Source: a virus. From it: DNA of 64,000 nt. This document shows positions 18,550 to 28,441 of the stretch, in pieces. Made by a program: the position numbers and the translations under genes. The number at the start of each line of letters is the position of its first letter. Within the stretch, counting starts at the first letter, position 1. Location of the stretch: the UHGV virus genome UHGV-0120889, one strand, 5' to 3'. The notes beneath the pieces were generated by a model. That model saw only the letters and a list, made by a program, of their open reading frames with translations, was not told the origin of the DNA and made no database searches.

Positions 18550-18597
18550 TCATTGACATAACCACACGGACGTGGTATTGTTACCTCATAAAATGTT

Positions 18598-18819
18598 ATG
18601 GAGTGTTTAACCATGAAAGATTTTCTGTTGGCAATTTTGTTCATGGCAGCATGTCTGGCCTGTGGTGTCGTGTTTGCAGGTGAAACAGCGTATCTTGTCG
18701 ATGTGTATCGGGACAATGGTAAACGTATTTGCCTTTATGAGACAAGCCAAGGTGAGCTCTACGAGCTTGTGAAACAAGGCGAGGCAGGTTCCTGCCCTCG
18801 CACCCATTTCTTTGAATAA
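18598..18819 (+). CDS. small secreted or lipoprotein-like protein
   Basis: N-terminal hydrophobic signal LLAILFMAACLACGVVFAG with Cys residues. Confidence 0.4.
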   Translation: MECLTMKDFLLAILFMAACLACGVVFAGETAYLVDVYRDNGKRICLYETSQGELYELVKQGEAGSCPRTHFFE

Positions 18820-18828
18820 GGGGGATAC

Positions 18829-19293
18829 GTGGAAGACGGACGTTTAATGAGGTCTGAACGCAGGCTTATTGTGCAACTGATCCCAGAAACAGCTTGGTAT
18901 AATAACCTCCGAAACGCTGTGAAGAAGAGTGAGTGGGATAAGATCCGTAAGAAGTGCTACAGAGAGGCAAACTACACTTGCGAGGTGTGCGGCGGTAAAG
19001 GCAGCAAACATCCAGTGGAGTGTCATGAACTTTACACTTTCGAAGAGGGAGTGATCCGGCTTGTCGGACTGATAGCGTTGTGCCCAGATTGTCACACATC
19101 GGTACATCCTGGATTAGCAAATATCCGTGGAAAGTATGCTCAGGCAGTTAATCAGTTGGCTAAGGTGAATAAGATCACCAGAGGTATGGCAGAGGCGTAT
19201 TACCGAGACTGCTTTGCAGAGTGGCGCGAGCTTAGTAAAGTTCCAGAATGGAAGACTGACTTTTCGTGGATAGAGGGTTACCTTGATAGCTAA
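18829..19293 (+). CDS. zinc-finger protein, possible HNH-like nuclease
   Basis: CEVCGGKG...HPVECHELY...CPDCHTSVH resembles CxxC-H-H-CxxC spacing. Confidence 0.35.
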   Translation: MEDGRLMRSERRLIVQLIPETAWYNNLRNAVKKSEWDKIRKKCYREANYTCEVCGGKGSKHPVECHELYTFEEGVIRLVGLIALCPDCHTSVHPGLANIRGKYAQAVNQLAKVNKITRGMAEAYYRDCFAEWRELSKVPEWKTDFSWIEGYLDS

Positions 19294-19576
19294 GAGATCT
19301 GTAAAAGAGAAATTCGATAAGACAGCTTTTGTATTCGATACACCTCTGGACGATATCATCAGGGGTATGCAAGCCTTGTATCGGAAGGCTGAATCTGAGC
19401 AGTTGTCTGAATCAGAACTTTACTGGCTTGGTTGGTGGGAGTTAAACCTGCCTAAAGCTGAAAGCTCTTGTCTGAGAACTGTTAAAACGTGCGCCCAAGA
19501 AAACGCTGCACTTGGAATCTACCACAAAAGGAAAAGATCAACAAAAAGCTCTCCAAGAAAGACTAAAAAGTCTTGA
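19283..19576 (+). CDS. hypothetical protein
   Basis: 97 aa ORF. Confidence 0.3.
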   Translation: MIAKRSVKEKFDKTAFVFDTPLDDIIRGMQALYRKAESEQLSESELYWLGWWELNLPKAESSCLRTVKTCAQENAALGIYHKRKRSTKSSPRKTKKS

Positions 19577-19602
19577 CAAAAGTGTTATTAATCTGATATT
19601 AT
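19573..19602 (+). promoter_or_regulatory. sigma70-like promoter (TTGACA, 17-18 bp spacer, TATTAT)
   Basis: TTGACA at 19573-19578 and TATTAT at 19597-19602. Confidence 0.5.
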
Positions 19603-19635
19603 CGGTCAGATATCTATAAACTAGGAGAACTAGGT

Positions 19636-19944
19636 ATGCTTAAAATTTTTATTGTTGAAGATAAAGATATTGTCCAGTTGTATGCAAACGAGAATCATAA
19701 AGGTATGATTCTGAAGAAGGCAAGCAACCTTCATGAAAACACAATTCAACCTGGCGATGTAATTAAGATCTGTGGTTATATGATACCGGACTCCTTGATG
19801 AAAATAACCCACCACTGGGGGTCTAATCCGTTCCTTTTTGAAAAGTATTGGGATGTTGAGTCACTTATTGCAGGGAGTGATGATGCATTCCATTACAGCA
19901 TCCAACCATCTTGCAGAATAACTAACAGGAGGGTCTTTGAGTAG
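19636..19944 (+). CDS. hypothetical protein
   Basis: 102 aa ORF with RBS. Confidence 0.35.
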   Translation: MLKIFIVEDKDIVQLYANENHKGMILKKASNLHENTIQPGDVIKICGYMIPDSLMKITHHWGSNPFLFEKYWDVESLIAGSDDAFHYSIQPSCRITNRRVFE

Positions 19945-21076
19945 AGAATATCCACTTATTGAGTCCATAGATTGTCTGGCTGATCTTCTTGAACCTGACG
20001 CTATAGTTTATTATGACTTCGATCAGGTTGCATATCAAGCTGCAGCAAGTTGTGAAAAAAGGACAATTGAGGTAACACACAAAGCCTCCGGACGTAAGAA
20101 GATGTTTAAAACACGAACAGAGTTCTGGGGGCGGCAGAAGAACACCGTTGGTGGTTGGCTAAAAGCTGAGAATACCAACCGTGAAGCCGCATGTAAAAAG
20201 TCTGGTAAGGAGTTTATTCCGTGGACACGTGAAGATTTTGATGTCTTGGATATCCAAACACCTGACCCTGTAGAGAACTGCTTGCACACAATAAAATGTA
20301 AGGCAAATGCAGTTCTTAACTATCTTGGTATTCCGGAAGAGCGATGTGTCGGGGTGTTGGGAGGCACAGGTAACTTCAGACTAGATCTTCCAATGCCGGA
20401 AAGATACAAAGCCAACCGTAACAATACTCTTCGACCACTGCTGCTTGGAGATGCAAGACAGTATCTCCAAAAGCAGTATAATGCTCAAGTGATCAACGGT
20501 ATCGAGGCTGATGACTGGTTAGCTATCCAGCAATTTGAAGGTTGGAACCACTACCAAAAAACAGGTAAGTTCAACAAGTTTATTATCTCTATTGATAAGG
20601 ACCAAAGAACACTACCGGGGCTTGTGTTCGATCCCATGCGAAACGATAAGGGAGATTTTGTAAGGGAAACCCCTATGCTGATCGATAACGGTATGGGGAA
20701 CATCTTCATGAAGCCTAATGGAGAGGTTGGTGGTTACGGAATGCTGTTCTTCGGATACCAAATGCTGTGTGGTGACTCTGCTGACAACATCAAGCCGTAT
20801 CAAGGACTTATCGGTAAGGGTAAGTTCGGAGATGCCTCAGCATTCTACCTACTGTCTCAGTGCAGCACTCCAAAGGAGATGTGGGTGGCTATTATTGATC
20901 AGTACAAGAAGTGGTTCCCGAAAGGTGTTGTTAAGTATACTGACTTCAATGGTATTGATCGTAGAATCTCCGTAGGTCAATGGATGAGTATAATTTTTGA
21001 CTGTTTGTATATGAAGCGAACATTCAATGATCAAACAAAACTTGTTAACGTTCTTAGAAATGTTGGAGCAATTTGA
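19937..21076 (+). CDS. flap endonuclease / 5'-3' exonuclease
   Basis: Motifs YKANRN, NGIEADDWLA, CGDSADNI match the FEN/5'-3' exonuclease family. Confidence 0.65.
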   Translation: MSREYPLIESIDCLADLLEPDAIVYYDFDQVAYQAAASCEKRTIEVTHKASGRKKMFKTRTEFWGRQKNTVGGWLKAENTNREAACKKSGKEFIPWTREDFDVLDIQTPDPVENCLHTIKCKANAVLNYLGIPEERCVGVLGGTGNFRLDLPMPERYKANRNNTLRPLLLGDARQYLQKQYNAQVINGIEADDWLAIQQFEGWNHYQKTGKFNKFIISIDKDQRTLPGLVFDPMRNDKGDFVRETPMLIDNGMGNIFMKPNGEVGGYGMLFFGYQMLCGDSADNIKPYQGLIGKGKFGDASAFYLLSQCSTPKEMWVAIIDQYKKWFPKGVVKYTDFNGIDRRISVGQWMSIIFDCLYMKRTFNDQTKLVNVLRNVGAI

Positions 21077-21408
21077 TGACTAAAAATTCTGTAGATAACG
21101 CAATTATGGAAGCTGTTTTTGAGGATGATCACACAACAGGGACACTTAAAACAAAAAATACATTCGTTGTTGCCACAGGTATGTGGCGGTTGTATGAAGA
21201 TGACACCATTTCATACATCCTGTACACGGATGATTACGCAGATGACCGTGTATGGTCTGCTGTTTTAAAAGAGGATTGTGAGCTGATTGAGGGCGAGCGG
21301 TTATGCATGTTCACCAGTGTGGAAACAGATGTTAAGCTTTGCTCTCTCGTATTGTTCAAAGATAAGGCTTATGCTCCTGATGAAGGAGAGGAGGATGAGG
21401 AAGCATGA
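21073..21408 (+). CDS. hypothetical protein
   Basis: 111 aa acidic ORF. Confidence 0.35.
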   Translation: MMTKNSVDNAIMEAVFEDDHTTGTLKTKNTFVVATGMWRLYEDDTISYILYTDDYADDRVWSAVLKEDCELIEGERLCMFTSVETDVKLCSLVLFKDKAYAPDEGEEDEEA

Positions 21409-22034
21409 GAGAGCGTCTATTATCCATAGACCAGTCGTTGACACACACAGCTTGCGTTGTATGGGACGATGGAAAGCCTGTTCATAAGGTTGTGTTACGA
21501 ACTCAAAGCTCATCTGCAAAAGAGAAGAAACCAGGGACGGTTTCTTTTGCAACAGCTGCTGAGCGTATTGACTGGATCTGCAAACAGGTCAGATATTATA
21601 TCCACACGCACGGCGTTGACACTGTAGTTATGGAAGGGCTTTCCTTTGGATCACGCGGGGATGCCACACGTGAACTGGCTGGGTTGTTTTACGGTCTTGA
21701 AGTTATGCTTTGGGATGCCTTAGCTGATTGTGAAAATGACGGCCTGTTTAAGGTCCACACAGTGACACCAACAACTGCCAAAAAGTTTGCTCGTGGTCAT
21801 CTTCCTGAGGAACTTGCTTTCGAGGAGAAGAAAAAGCTTGACAAAAAGACAGGTAAAGAGCATACTGTGAAGAAACCTGTTACGATGGATAAAAAGTTGA
21901 TGGTTAAGGCCTGCGAAGTATCTGAACCTGGGTTCCTAGATGGGATCAATTTGGTACAAGGTAAGGCCGATCTCGCAGATGCTTATTGGATAGGCAGGGC
22001 GCATCTGGAGGGATTATCGCAAAGCGTAAAATAA
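21405..22034 (+). CDS. putative RuvC-like Holliday junction resolvase
   Basis: LSIDQSLTHTACVV, VVMEGLSF and DLADAYWIG resemble RuvC catalytic Asp/Glu motifs. Confidence 0.45.
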   Translation: MRERLLSIDQSLTHTACVVWDDGKPVHKVVLRTQSSSAKEKKPGTVSFATAAERIDWICKQVRYYIHTHGVDTVVMEGLSFGSRGDATRELAGLFYGLEVMLWDALADCENDGLFKVHTVTPTTAKKFARGHLPEELAFEEKKKLDKKTGKEHTVKKPVTMDKKLMVKACEVSEPGFLDGINLVQGKADLADAYWIGRAHLEGLSQSVK

Positions 22035-22591
22035 GAAAGAAAGCTGTCAAAGCCCCCGTTCATAACGGGTGGTTAAAAGATTCTAAGGACATAGCCAACT
22101 TTCGAAAAGAATTGTCAGAGGAGCAGGATGGTCTTGATCCTATCTTGTGCGAGCCACTTCGTAAGCCTTGTTTGGATCATGACCATCTGACTGGTCGTTG
22201 CAGGGGTGTTTTGTCCCAATGCACTAATACCTTTGAGGGGTATGTGCTTAAATACTGGATGAAATACTGTAACGAGTATACAGATTGCAGTTTATCAGAG
22301 GCGTTGCGCCGGATGGCTGACTATTTGGAGAAAGACTACAGCGACTTCCCGCTCCACAAAAACTACAGAGATGATATGACAAAGTTCTTGAGGAGATGCT
22401 CTAAAGCTACGATCATTGCACGAGCAGAATCAGATTTCAATCTTGTCATTAATCCGGAGTGCACCAAGCATGAGGCTATTGAGTTCTACATGCAGGAGTT
22501 TATAAAGAAAACTGAGGAGAGAGATTTCTATGGGGATGAAAAAGGTATTCAATCCTTGCGATTCAGTTCTGATCAGGATGAAATACCGTAA
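21986..22591 (+). CDS. endonuclease VII-like resolvase
   Basis: CEPLRKPCLDHDHLTGRCRGVLSQCTN matches the endonuclease VII zinc-binding motif; start uncertain. Confidence 0.6.
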   Translation: MDRQGASGGIIAKRKIRKKAVKAPVHNGWLKDSKDIANFRKELSEEQDGLDPILCEPLRKPCLDHDHLTGRCRGVLSQCTNTFEGYVLKYWMKYCNEYTDCSLSEALRRMADYLEKDYSDFPLHKNYRDDMTKFLRRCSKATIIARAESDFNLVINPECTKHEAIEFYMQEFIKKTEERDFYGDEKGIQSLRFSSDQDEIP

Positions 22592-22751
22592 CTGGAAAGG
22601 TGTTGTTGCAGATCGCTGCGTTACTGAGCCTAATTTATGGTTTGGCTCTACAGAGTATCATAAAGAAGAGCAATGGTTGATGCGTGCCTTCGATGTAGAC
22701 AAGGGCGAATATCGTGACTTCGCTTTAAAAGACATTCTTCAGTTTTACTAA
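22578..22751 (+). CDS. hypothetical protein
   Basis: Track ORF 22530-22751 trimmed to internal ATG. Confidence 0.3.
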   Translation: MKYRNWKGVVADRCVTEPNLWFGSTEYHKEEQWLMRAFDVDKGEYRDFALKDILQFY

Positions 22752-22763
22752 GGAATCTTAACG

Positions 22764-23747
22764 ATGATGACAAAGTTAACTCTTGAGCAAATTTTAACAC
22801 TAAAGCAACAGGGATACACTAATAGACAAATTGCTCGTGAATTTTTAGGCCGTGAGTCACGTGAGAGCTGGATCCGACTACAGCTTAAACGTGCACAAGA
22901 GAATATGTCAGAGATTCTAGGAGAAGCAACGGAGCGCTTCCTTGAAGAGCACAAAGGTGCTAAAGTTTGGGTGTATGATACAGAGACATCTCCAACAAAC
23001 GGCTGGTTCTTTGGGCACTATAAGACCAACATTCAAACCTGCGGTATTGAAATTATGCCCTACATGCTAACTTTCGCAGGTAAGTGGTTAGACAGTCCTA
23101 GTGTGGTTGACTGCGCTCTTCCTGATTACAAAATGTGGGATGAGGATATTCACAATGATCTCGAATTGATTCAGGATTTGTGGTATTATCTGGATAAATG
23201 TGATGTCGCAGTAGCCCACAATTCAGGTTTTGACTGTGGGTGGGCCAACCAACGATTTGCATTTCACGGATTGCCTCCAACAAGCCCCTACAAAGAGGTT
23301 GACACCCTTAAAATGATCAAGAAGGCATTCCGTTTGAATGCAAACACTTTGGAGTATGCATGCAAATACTTCCAACTTGCCCGACAGAAACTGATTGACC
23401 ACACATTTGAAATGTGGATCAAGTGTGTTCACGGTGATCTTGAGGCGTTTAAACAGATGCGGGAGTACAATGTTGGCGATATCCTATCTCTGGAAGGCCT
23501 GTATTTGCTGGCTCGCCCGTTTGCTAAGCAGCACCCCAACATGTCATTGTACTACCAGGATGAGGAGCCAAAAGTTCGTTGCCCACGCTGTGGTGGAGAA
23601 CACCTTCACGAGGAAGAAGCTTTGGCGTATACTCAACTGAGTGCATTTAAAACATACCGCTGCGAAGGTTGTGGATCTGTTGTTCGTGACCGTAACAACA
23701 TCCGCACCAGAGAAGAAATGAAAAATACCCTGATTCAGATAATCTAA
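22764..23747 (+). CDS. DnaQ-like 3'-5' exonuclease with N-terminal HTH and C-terminal zinc ribbon
   Basis: Exo I VYDTETS, Exo II VAHNSGFD, Exo III YNVGD; C-terminal CPRCGG...CEGCG. Confidence 0.5.
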   Translation: MMTKLTLEQILTLKQQGYTNRQIAREFLGRESRESWIRLQLKRAQENMSEILGEATERFLEEHKGAKVWVYDTETSPTNGWFFGHYKTNIQTCGIEIMPYMLTFAGKWLDSPSVVDCALPDYKMWDEDIHNDLELIQDLWYYLDKCDVAVAHNSGFDCGWANQRFAFHGLPPTSPYKEVDTLKMIKKAFRLNANTLEYACKYFQLARQKLIDHTFEMWIKCVHGDLEAFKQMREYNVGDILSLEGLYLLARPFAKQHPNMSLYYQDEEPKVRCPRCGGEHLHEEEALAYTQLSAFKTYRCEGCGSVVRDRNNIRTREEMKNTLIQII

Positions 23748-23762
23748 CAATTATAGGGAGGC

Positions 23763-24611
23763 TTGCGCCTCCCTTTTCCTTTTGGAGGAACTTTGAGCAA
23801 GAAAGAGTCCAACGACAAATACTACACAAACCCTGAGTATGCAGAATATCTTGTTGGTAAAGTAAAAGATAAGTATGGGAATTGTGCATACGTTGAGCCT
23901 TCTGCTGGAAGGGGTTCTTTTTCAAAACTATTTTCAGAGATACTGTCGTACGATTTAGTACCAGATCCTGAATTTGAAGGACCAACACCGTGCATTCAGG
24001 CAAACTTCTTGGAGGTGCATCCCAAGGCAGATGTCTTCATAGGTAACCCACCATTTGGCAAGAATTCATCCTTAGCTTGCAAATTCTTTAACCATTGTGC
24101 ATCATTGCTAGAGCTTGGAGGGGCTATAGCCTTCATCTTGCCACGGACATTTGAAAAAATATTTTTTGCAAACAAACTGGACATGTCGATGCACCTTGTC
24201 TACAGCGAAAGGTGCCCTAAGAATTCGTTTTTACTTAATGGCAAACCTTATGACGTGCCATGTGTTTTCCAAATTTGGGAGAAAAAGGCGTGCAATAGGG
24301 ATCCTGTAGAGATTGGAGAGAATAAGTTATTTTCTTTTAGCACACCAGATGACTACGACTTCTGTGTAAGACGTGTTGGGTATAATGCTGGAAAAGTATT
24401 GGGGGATGATGACCCAAAATCTGAAGAATCAACATATTTCATAAAATCTTTAGTTAACGGTGTTGACAGAGTGTTTGCTGAATGCTATTCTTCTTTTCAA
24501 GAAGAAGCAGGTAAGACTGCTGGAATGAAGAGTATAGGTAAGAAAGAACTACAATACATTTTGGAGACCAGGTATGATCAAAAGCATAGACTTGACCAAA
24601 GAACTTACTGA
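23763..24611 (+). CDS. DNA N6-adenine methyltransferase
   Basis: Motif I-like EPSAGRGSF and motif IV IGNPPFGK. Confidence 0.55.
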   Translation: MRLPFPFGGTLSKKESNDKYYTNPEYAEYLVGKVKDKYGNCAYVEPSAGRGSFSKLFSEILSYDLVPDPEFEGPTPCIQANFLEVHPKADVFIGNPPFGKNSSLACKFFNHCASLLELGGAIAFILPRTFEKIFFANKLDMSMHLVYSERCPKNSFLLNGKPYDVPCVFQIWEKKACNRDPVEIGENKLFSFSTPDDYDFCVRRVGYNAGKVLGDDDPKSEESTYFIKSLVNGVDRVFAECYSSFQEEAGKTAGMKSIGKKELQYILETRYDQKHRLDQRTY

Positions 24612-25032
24612 TGCAAAAGCTTTTGGTGAGACAGCGGTACAAAGAGGACAGGCGATGGGACTGGCACTACCTTTCGTCTTAAAAGAGCACTTTACAGATT
24701 TTCAACTTATCAAAGGTGATAAGGGAATGCTTATCCTGGAGCATAAGTTGAGTAAGAAACGCTATAAAGTCGTTTTTAATTCTAAAGCTCCAACAAAACT
24801 GGGATTCAGAACTTACAATCTTAACCCATCCTACACTAAGGGTGTTGGAAGGGTAGAACAACAGCATTTCAGTGCCAGAGCTTCTTTAGCCCCTTTGATG
24901 CTAAATTTCTCAGGGGTGGCTTTAGGATACCTTGATAAGAAAAGGGTTCTTCATGTTCGTTTCACAGACTTTGTAACGCTTTTAGCTAACAACGAGGTTG
25001 ATGAGAAGGGACGTGTAAAAACAAACTTCTAA
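24574..25032 (+). CDS. hypothetical protein
   Basis: 152 aa ORF. Confidence 0.35.
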   Translation: MIKSIDLTKELTDAKAFGETAVQRGQAMGLALPFVLKEHFTDFQLIKGDKGMLILEHKLSKKRYKVVFNSKAPTKLGFRTYNLNPSYTKGVGRVEQQHFSARASLAPLMLNFSGVALGYLDKKRVLHVRFTDFVTLLANNEVDEKGRVKTNF

Positions 25033-25047
25033 TAACGCATAGTATGA

Positions 25048-25251
25048 TTGGAGACCGAAATGACACTAGAGTTAACAATTCCAGACAGCTTTTCAGAAAA
25101 CTTTATCCCAGAAATGATGAGTAAGATGCGATCATTGCTTGATCAGATTGAGGAGGCTGTTTGGGAAGACGATGCTGTAGTGGCTAACGAGCTGGTAGAT
25201 AAGTGTAAAAGTATTATTGATGCAGTTGAAGAATACCACGGAGGTTTTTAA
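25048..25251 (+). CDS. hypothetical protein
   Basis: 67 aa acidic ORF. Confidence 0.35.
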   Translation: METEMTLELTIPDSFSENFIPEMMSKMRSLLDQIEEAVWEDDAVVANELVDKCKSIIDAVEEYHGGF

Positions 25252-25868
25252 TGGATATTATTGTTCTTAACGCCCCACCCAGCAGTGGTAAGGATCACAT
25301 TGCAGATCTCTTGTTGGAAGCTATTCCTAACTCACACCACCGTGAGGTTAAGGAAATGCTCTTCAGTGTGGCAATTAAGGCAGCTGGTGTAACTCCTCAA
25401 CTCTGGAATGCACTTTATGACGACCGCCACTACAAAGAAGAGCCTTGCCCTTTCTTAATGATAGACGGCAAGCATGTTTCTCCGCGAGAATGGATGATCC
25501 ATTGTAGTGAAAATCTGATTAAACCTATCTTTGGTGAAGATGCTTTCGGTAAAGCCGCAGTCGCATCTTTGAAGAAAGATTTCCCTGAAGGTAAAGGGGT
25601 TATTGTTTACTCCGATGGGGGATTCAAAGAGGAGCTGGCATGCCTTAGCGAGTACGCATACAGCACAGGTGGAGATCTGTTGTTGTTCCGTATTCACCGT
25701 GTAGGATATGACTGGGGAAATGATTCCAGAACCTATCTAAGTCTGGAAAAGAACGGAATAAAAGGGGTTGAGTTTGATGTTGTAAACCCTGAAGGTGCAC
25801 CTTGGGAGTGTGCATCGGAGATTGTGTGCAAGTATATTGATGCTAAAGAGGCCCAAGAAGAATGTTAA
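25251..25868 (+). CDS. putative deoxynucleoside monophosphate kinase
   Basis: N-terminal P-loop LNAPPSSGKDHIADLL resembles phage dNMP kinase SGKD motif. Confidence 0.45.
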   Translation: MDIIVLNAPPSSGKDHIADLLLEAIPNSHHREVKEMLFSVAIKAAGVTPQLWNALYDDRHYKEEPCPFLMIDGKHVSPREWMIHCSENLIKPIFGEDAFGKAAVASLKKDFPEGKGVIVYSDGGFKEELACLSEYAYSTGGDLLLFRIHRVGYDWGNDSRTYLSLEKNGIKGVEFDVVNPEGAPWECASEIVCKYIDAKEAQEEC

Positions 25869-26455
25869 TCGGAATTGATGTAGATCTGACACTGGTAGAT
25901 TCAGGAACAGCATGGTGGGAGTGGTTGGAGCGTTTGTATGGTCCAGCCAGTAAGACAGTAGCTAAACCTTCTAATGGGCTAATGTATTACGATCTGTCAA
26001 AGTATTGGCCTGATCGTCCCAAAGAAAACATCATAGGACCTTTTGATTTCTGGAGTGATCCGTTCCTCTACGACTTCCTTAAGCCTGAAGAGGGGGCTAT
26101 TGAGGTTATGAAAGATTTGGTGGCTCGTGGTCACAAGCTTGCATTTATCTCGGTATGCAAGAAAGGTCACCTTGCATCTAAATCAAGGTTCTTAAAGCGT
26201 TGGACCAGTGATTTTATGGATCTGGACGATCACACCCAGGGCCACGGCTTCTACGCCACACATTTCAAAGGGAATGTGGCTGTAGATGTTATAATTGACG
26301 ACAGGCATGAATACCTGAACCAATTCGCTTCACGACCTGAAGTTATTAAAATCCTAAAAGATACGCCTTATGAGCAATTCGAGGAGTTAAAGGTCAGTGT
26401 TGACTATACCGCTAATAGCTGGTATAAAATAGGAAAATTTTTAGAAGGTATTTGA
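25862..26455 (+). CDS. HAD-family phosphatase, likely 5'-deoxyribonucleotidase
   Basis: N-terminal IGIDVDLTLVDS (DxDxT) and later VIIDDR. Confidence 0.5.
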   Translation: MLIGIDVDLTLVDSGTAWWEWLERLYGPASKTVAKPSNGLMYYDLSKYWPDRPKENIIGPFDFWSDPFLYDFLKPEEGAIEVMKDLVARGHKLAFISVCKKGHLASKSRFLKRWTSDFMDLDDHTQGHGFYATHFKGNVAVDVIIDDRHEYLNQFASRPEVIKILKDTPYEQFEELKVSVDYTANSWYKIGKFLEGI

Positions 26456-26456
26456 A

Positions 26457-26657
26457 ATGGGCAGATGTTCTAAAGGTGGCGATCCTGTAGTCAGATACGG
26501 TGACTGGCTAGAGGTGTATGATCTAGGAGGTAAGCTAGTGTATGCCTCTAGGATCACCCAAGATATGTGCTCTGACATGTTCAACAGATACCTTGCATTT
26601 AAGGCCAACATAAACCCAGACGAAATTTCCAAAATTAAAACAAGGAGAGCTAAATAA
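26457..26657 (+). CDS. hypothetical protein
   Basis: 66 aa ORF. Confidence 0.35.
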   Translation: MGRCSKGGDPVVRYGDWLEVYDLGGKLVYASRITQDMCSDMFNRYLAFKANINPDEISKIKTRRAK

Positions 26658-27640
26658 TGCTAAAACTGTGCACTGCAAAGATTATTGCTGACAGCATTTC
26701 CGAGAAAGGTAAGCGTATCACCACTTTTGAACTAGAGTATCCTCGAATTATTCACTCAGAGCTTATGACGCACCGAGTGTTCAGCCGAAACGCCATGTCT
26801 TCCCGTGCAGTGCCTGTCGGCAAGATGCTGCAACAGATTGTGGAGAATCCGGCAATGCCAGTTCGCTTCGGTGTAAATAAGCGAGGAATGGAAGATGGTG
26901 GGGAACACGATCAAAAGATCCGTGTAGAGTACACTGACATGGAGCTAACTCCTGAAGAGTTTTGGAAAGAAGCTGCAAAAAACGCCGCTTGGCATGCAGA
27001 GAAGTTCGCCCTTGCTGGTTACCATAAGCAAGTATGTAACCGCTTAGTGGAGCCGTTCCAGCGCATGAAAACAGTTGTAACAAGCACCGAGTGGAATAAT
27101 TTTTTCCACCTCCGTTGCTGGCACGATGCGGATCCTACGATTCAGATGTTAGCTAATTGTATGTGGGAGGCTCTTGAGAATAGCACTCCTGAAATCCTTA
27201 AACCGGGTCAATGGCACACCCCATATGTAGAGCACGTTTATTTGGACGGAGAGTTTAACTACGCTGTACGTGACACAGAAGGAAAGCTCTGCATTCTCGA
27301 TACTAAAGAAGCTCTGTCTATCAGTGCTAGTTGCTGTGCACAAGTATCTTATCGAAATATTGACAGCACGTTTGAAAAGGCAGATAGTGTGGCTAAAAAA
27401 TTGATTGGTGGGGATCGTATTCATGCAAGCCCTTACGAGCACCAGGCAACACCTATGGATCACGATAACGCAATGGAACGTTTAAACTACTACCTGTCTT
27501 CATGTGAAATCACACAAGACATCAGTACTTGGCAGGAAGGTGTAACCCATCAAGACCGTGATGGTAAATTCTGGTCTGCCAACTTTTGTGGGTGGGTTCA
27601 GCACAGACAACTGCTTAATAACCACTTCGTGAAAGGTTAA
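26657..27640 (+). CDS. thyX: flavin-dependent thymidylate synthase ThyX
   Basis: THRVFSRNAMSSRAV matches ThyX RHRxxSxxxxSxR signature; 327 aa is longer than typical. Confidence 0.6.
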   Translation: MLKLCTAKIIADSISEKGKRITTFELEYPRIIHSELMTHRVFSRNAMSSRAVPVGKMLQQIVENPAMPVRFGVNKRGMEDGGEHDQKIRVEYTDMELTPEEFWKEAAKNAAWHAEKFALAGYHKQVCNRLVEPFQRMKTVVTSTEWNNFFHLRCWHDADPTIQMLANCMWEALENSTPEILKPGQWHTPYVEHVYLDGEFNYAVRDTEGKLCILDTKEALSISASCCAQVSYRNIDSTFEKADSVAKKLIGGDRIHASPYEHQATPMDHDNAMERLNYYLSSCEITQDISTWQEGVTHQDRDGKFWSANFCGWVQHRQLLNNHFVKG

Positions 27641-27669
27641 TCCTATCACAGCGATAGGTAACTTTTGTG

Positions 27670-27698
27670 TTGACTAATAGTATTAGATAATCTATAAT
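27670..27698 (+). promoter_or_regulatory. sigma70-like promoter (TTGACT-N17-TATAAT)
   Basis: TTGACT at 27670-27675, TATAAT at 27693-27698; preceded by hairpin CCTATC-ACAGC-GATAGG just after thyX stop. Confidence 0.55.
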
Positions 27699-27699
27699 A

Positions 27700-28200
27700 A
27701 TGGCTCACTTTGTTGGTGAGCCAGAAATGGAGACAGATATGAGTAATGTTATGATTCCTAAAAAGACATTTATTTCAGTTACTTTAGATTTTCTATCTAC
27801 CGTCCCAGGGTTTAACGTTCGCACACGAAACGGTCTCCGAGCTGCACTCTTTGCCGTAGGGTTTGATTTAAAAAGTATTGATGTTCTTCGTGGAAAAAAC
27901 GTTCGATGCAAAAATAAGCCAACACATTATCGAAAGGCAGATGTATTTGCTGGTGTCATGCGTGCAGACTTTAGATACCCACAAATGTATAACGGTGTAG
28001 ATATTTTAGATGTAGATAAAGCACCTGGTGAGGCAATGCTTGTTCAAGATCTCCCGTATGATATCCCTGTAGAGGATCGTGTTAATGTAAGAAAGTATAC
28101 AAAACAATCTGAAAAGGCTGAAGATATTCATATTGTTGATGAACCTTTCAATTTTGAAGATCTGCATCGCCTGGAAAAATTATTCGGTATTGAAAGCTAA
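27700..28200 (+). CDS. hypothetical protein
   Basis: 166 aa ORF downstream of promoter. Confidence 0.4.
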   Translation: MAHFVGEPEMETDMSNVMIPKKTFISVTLDFLSTVPGFNVRTRNGLRAALFAVGFDLKSIDVLRGKNVRCKNKPTHYRKADVFAGVMRADFRYPQMYNGVDILDVDKAPGEAMLVQDLPYDIPVEDRVNVRKYTKQSEKAEDIHIVDEPFNFEDLHRLEKLFGIES

Positions 28201-28210
28201 GGTGGTGAAG

Positions 28211-28441
28211 ATGAGTCATAACTCCAAGTGGAAGGATCTTGGTTTTGCAAGTCGGGCAGAGTATGTTGGTTGGCTTTGGTTCAATGGCCTGACAAACGAT
28301 ATTAAAATGTATGATGATGTCTATTATGACGAGTATACAGGTAAAATTATAAATATCTCTGTAGAAGAGGATACTTTTATCCAGCAAGATACTGATACCT
28401 GCCTTGATAAATACGTTAGTGAAGTGGAGGAAGCAAATTGA
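28211..28441 (+). CDS. hypothetical protein
   Basis: Track ORF trimmed to ATG 28211 after RBS AAGGTGGTGAAG. Confidence 0.35.
   Translation: MSHNSKWKDLGFASRAEYVGWLWFNGLTNDIKMYDDVYYDEYTGKIINISVEEDTFIQQDTDTCLDKYVSEVEEAN

Noticed and set aside
18598-18819. Calling the small lipoprotein-like ORF next to the endolysin an o-spanin
   Set aside because: A better Rz/Rz1-like pair exists at 7328-8010; this ORF lacks a partner i-spanin and the lipobox is marginal.
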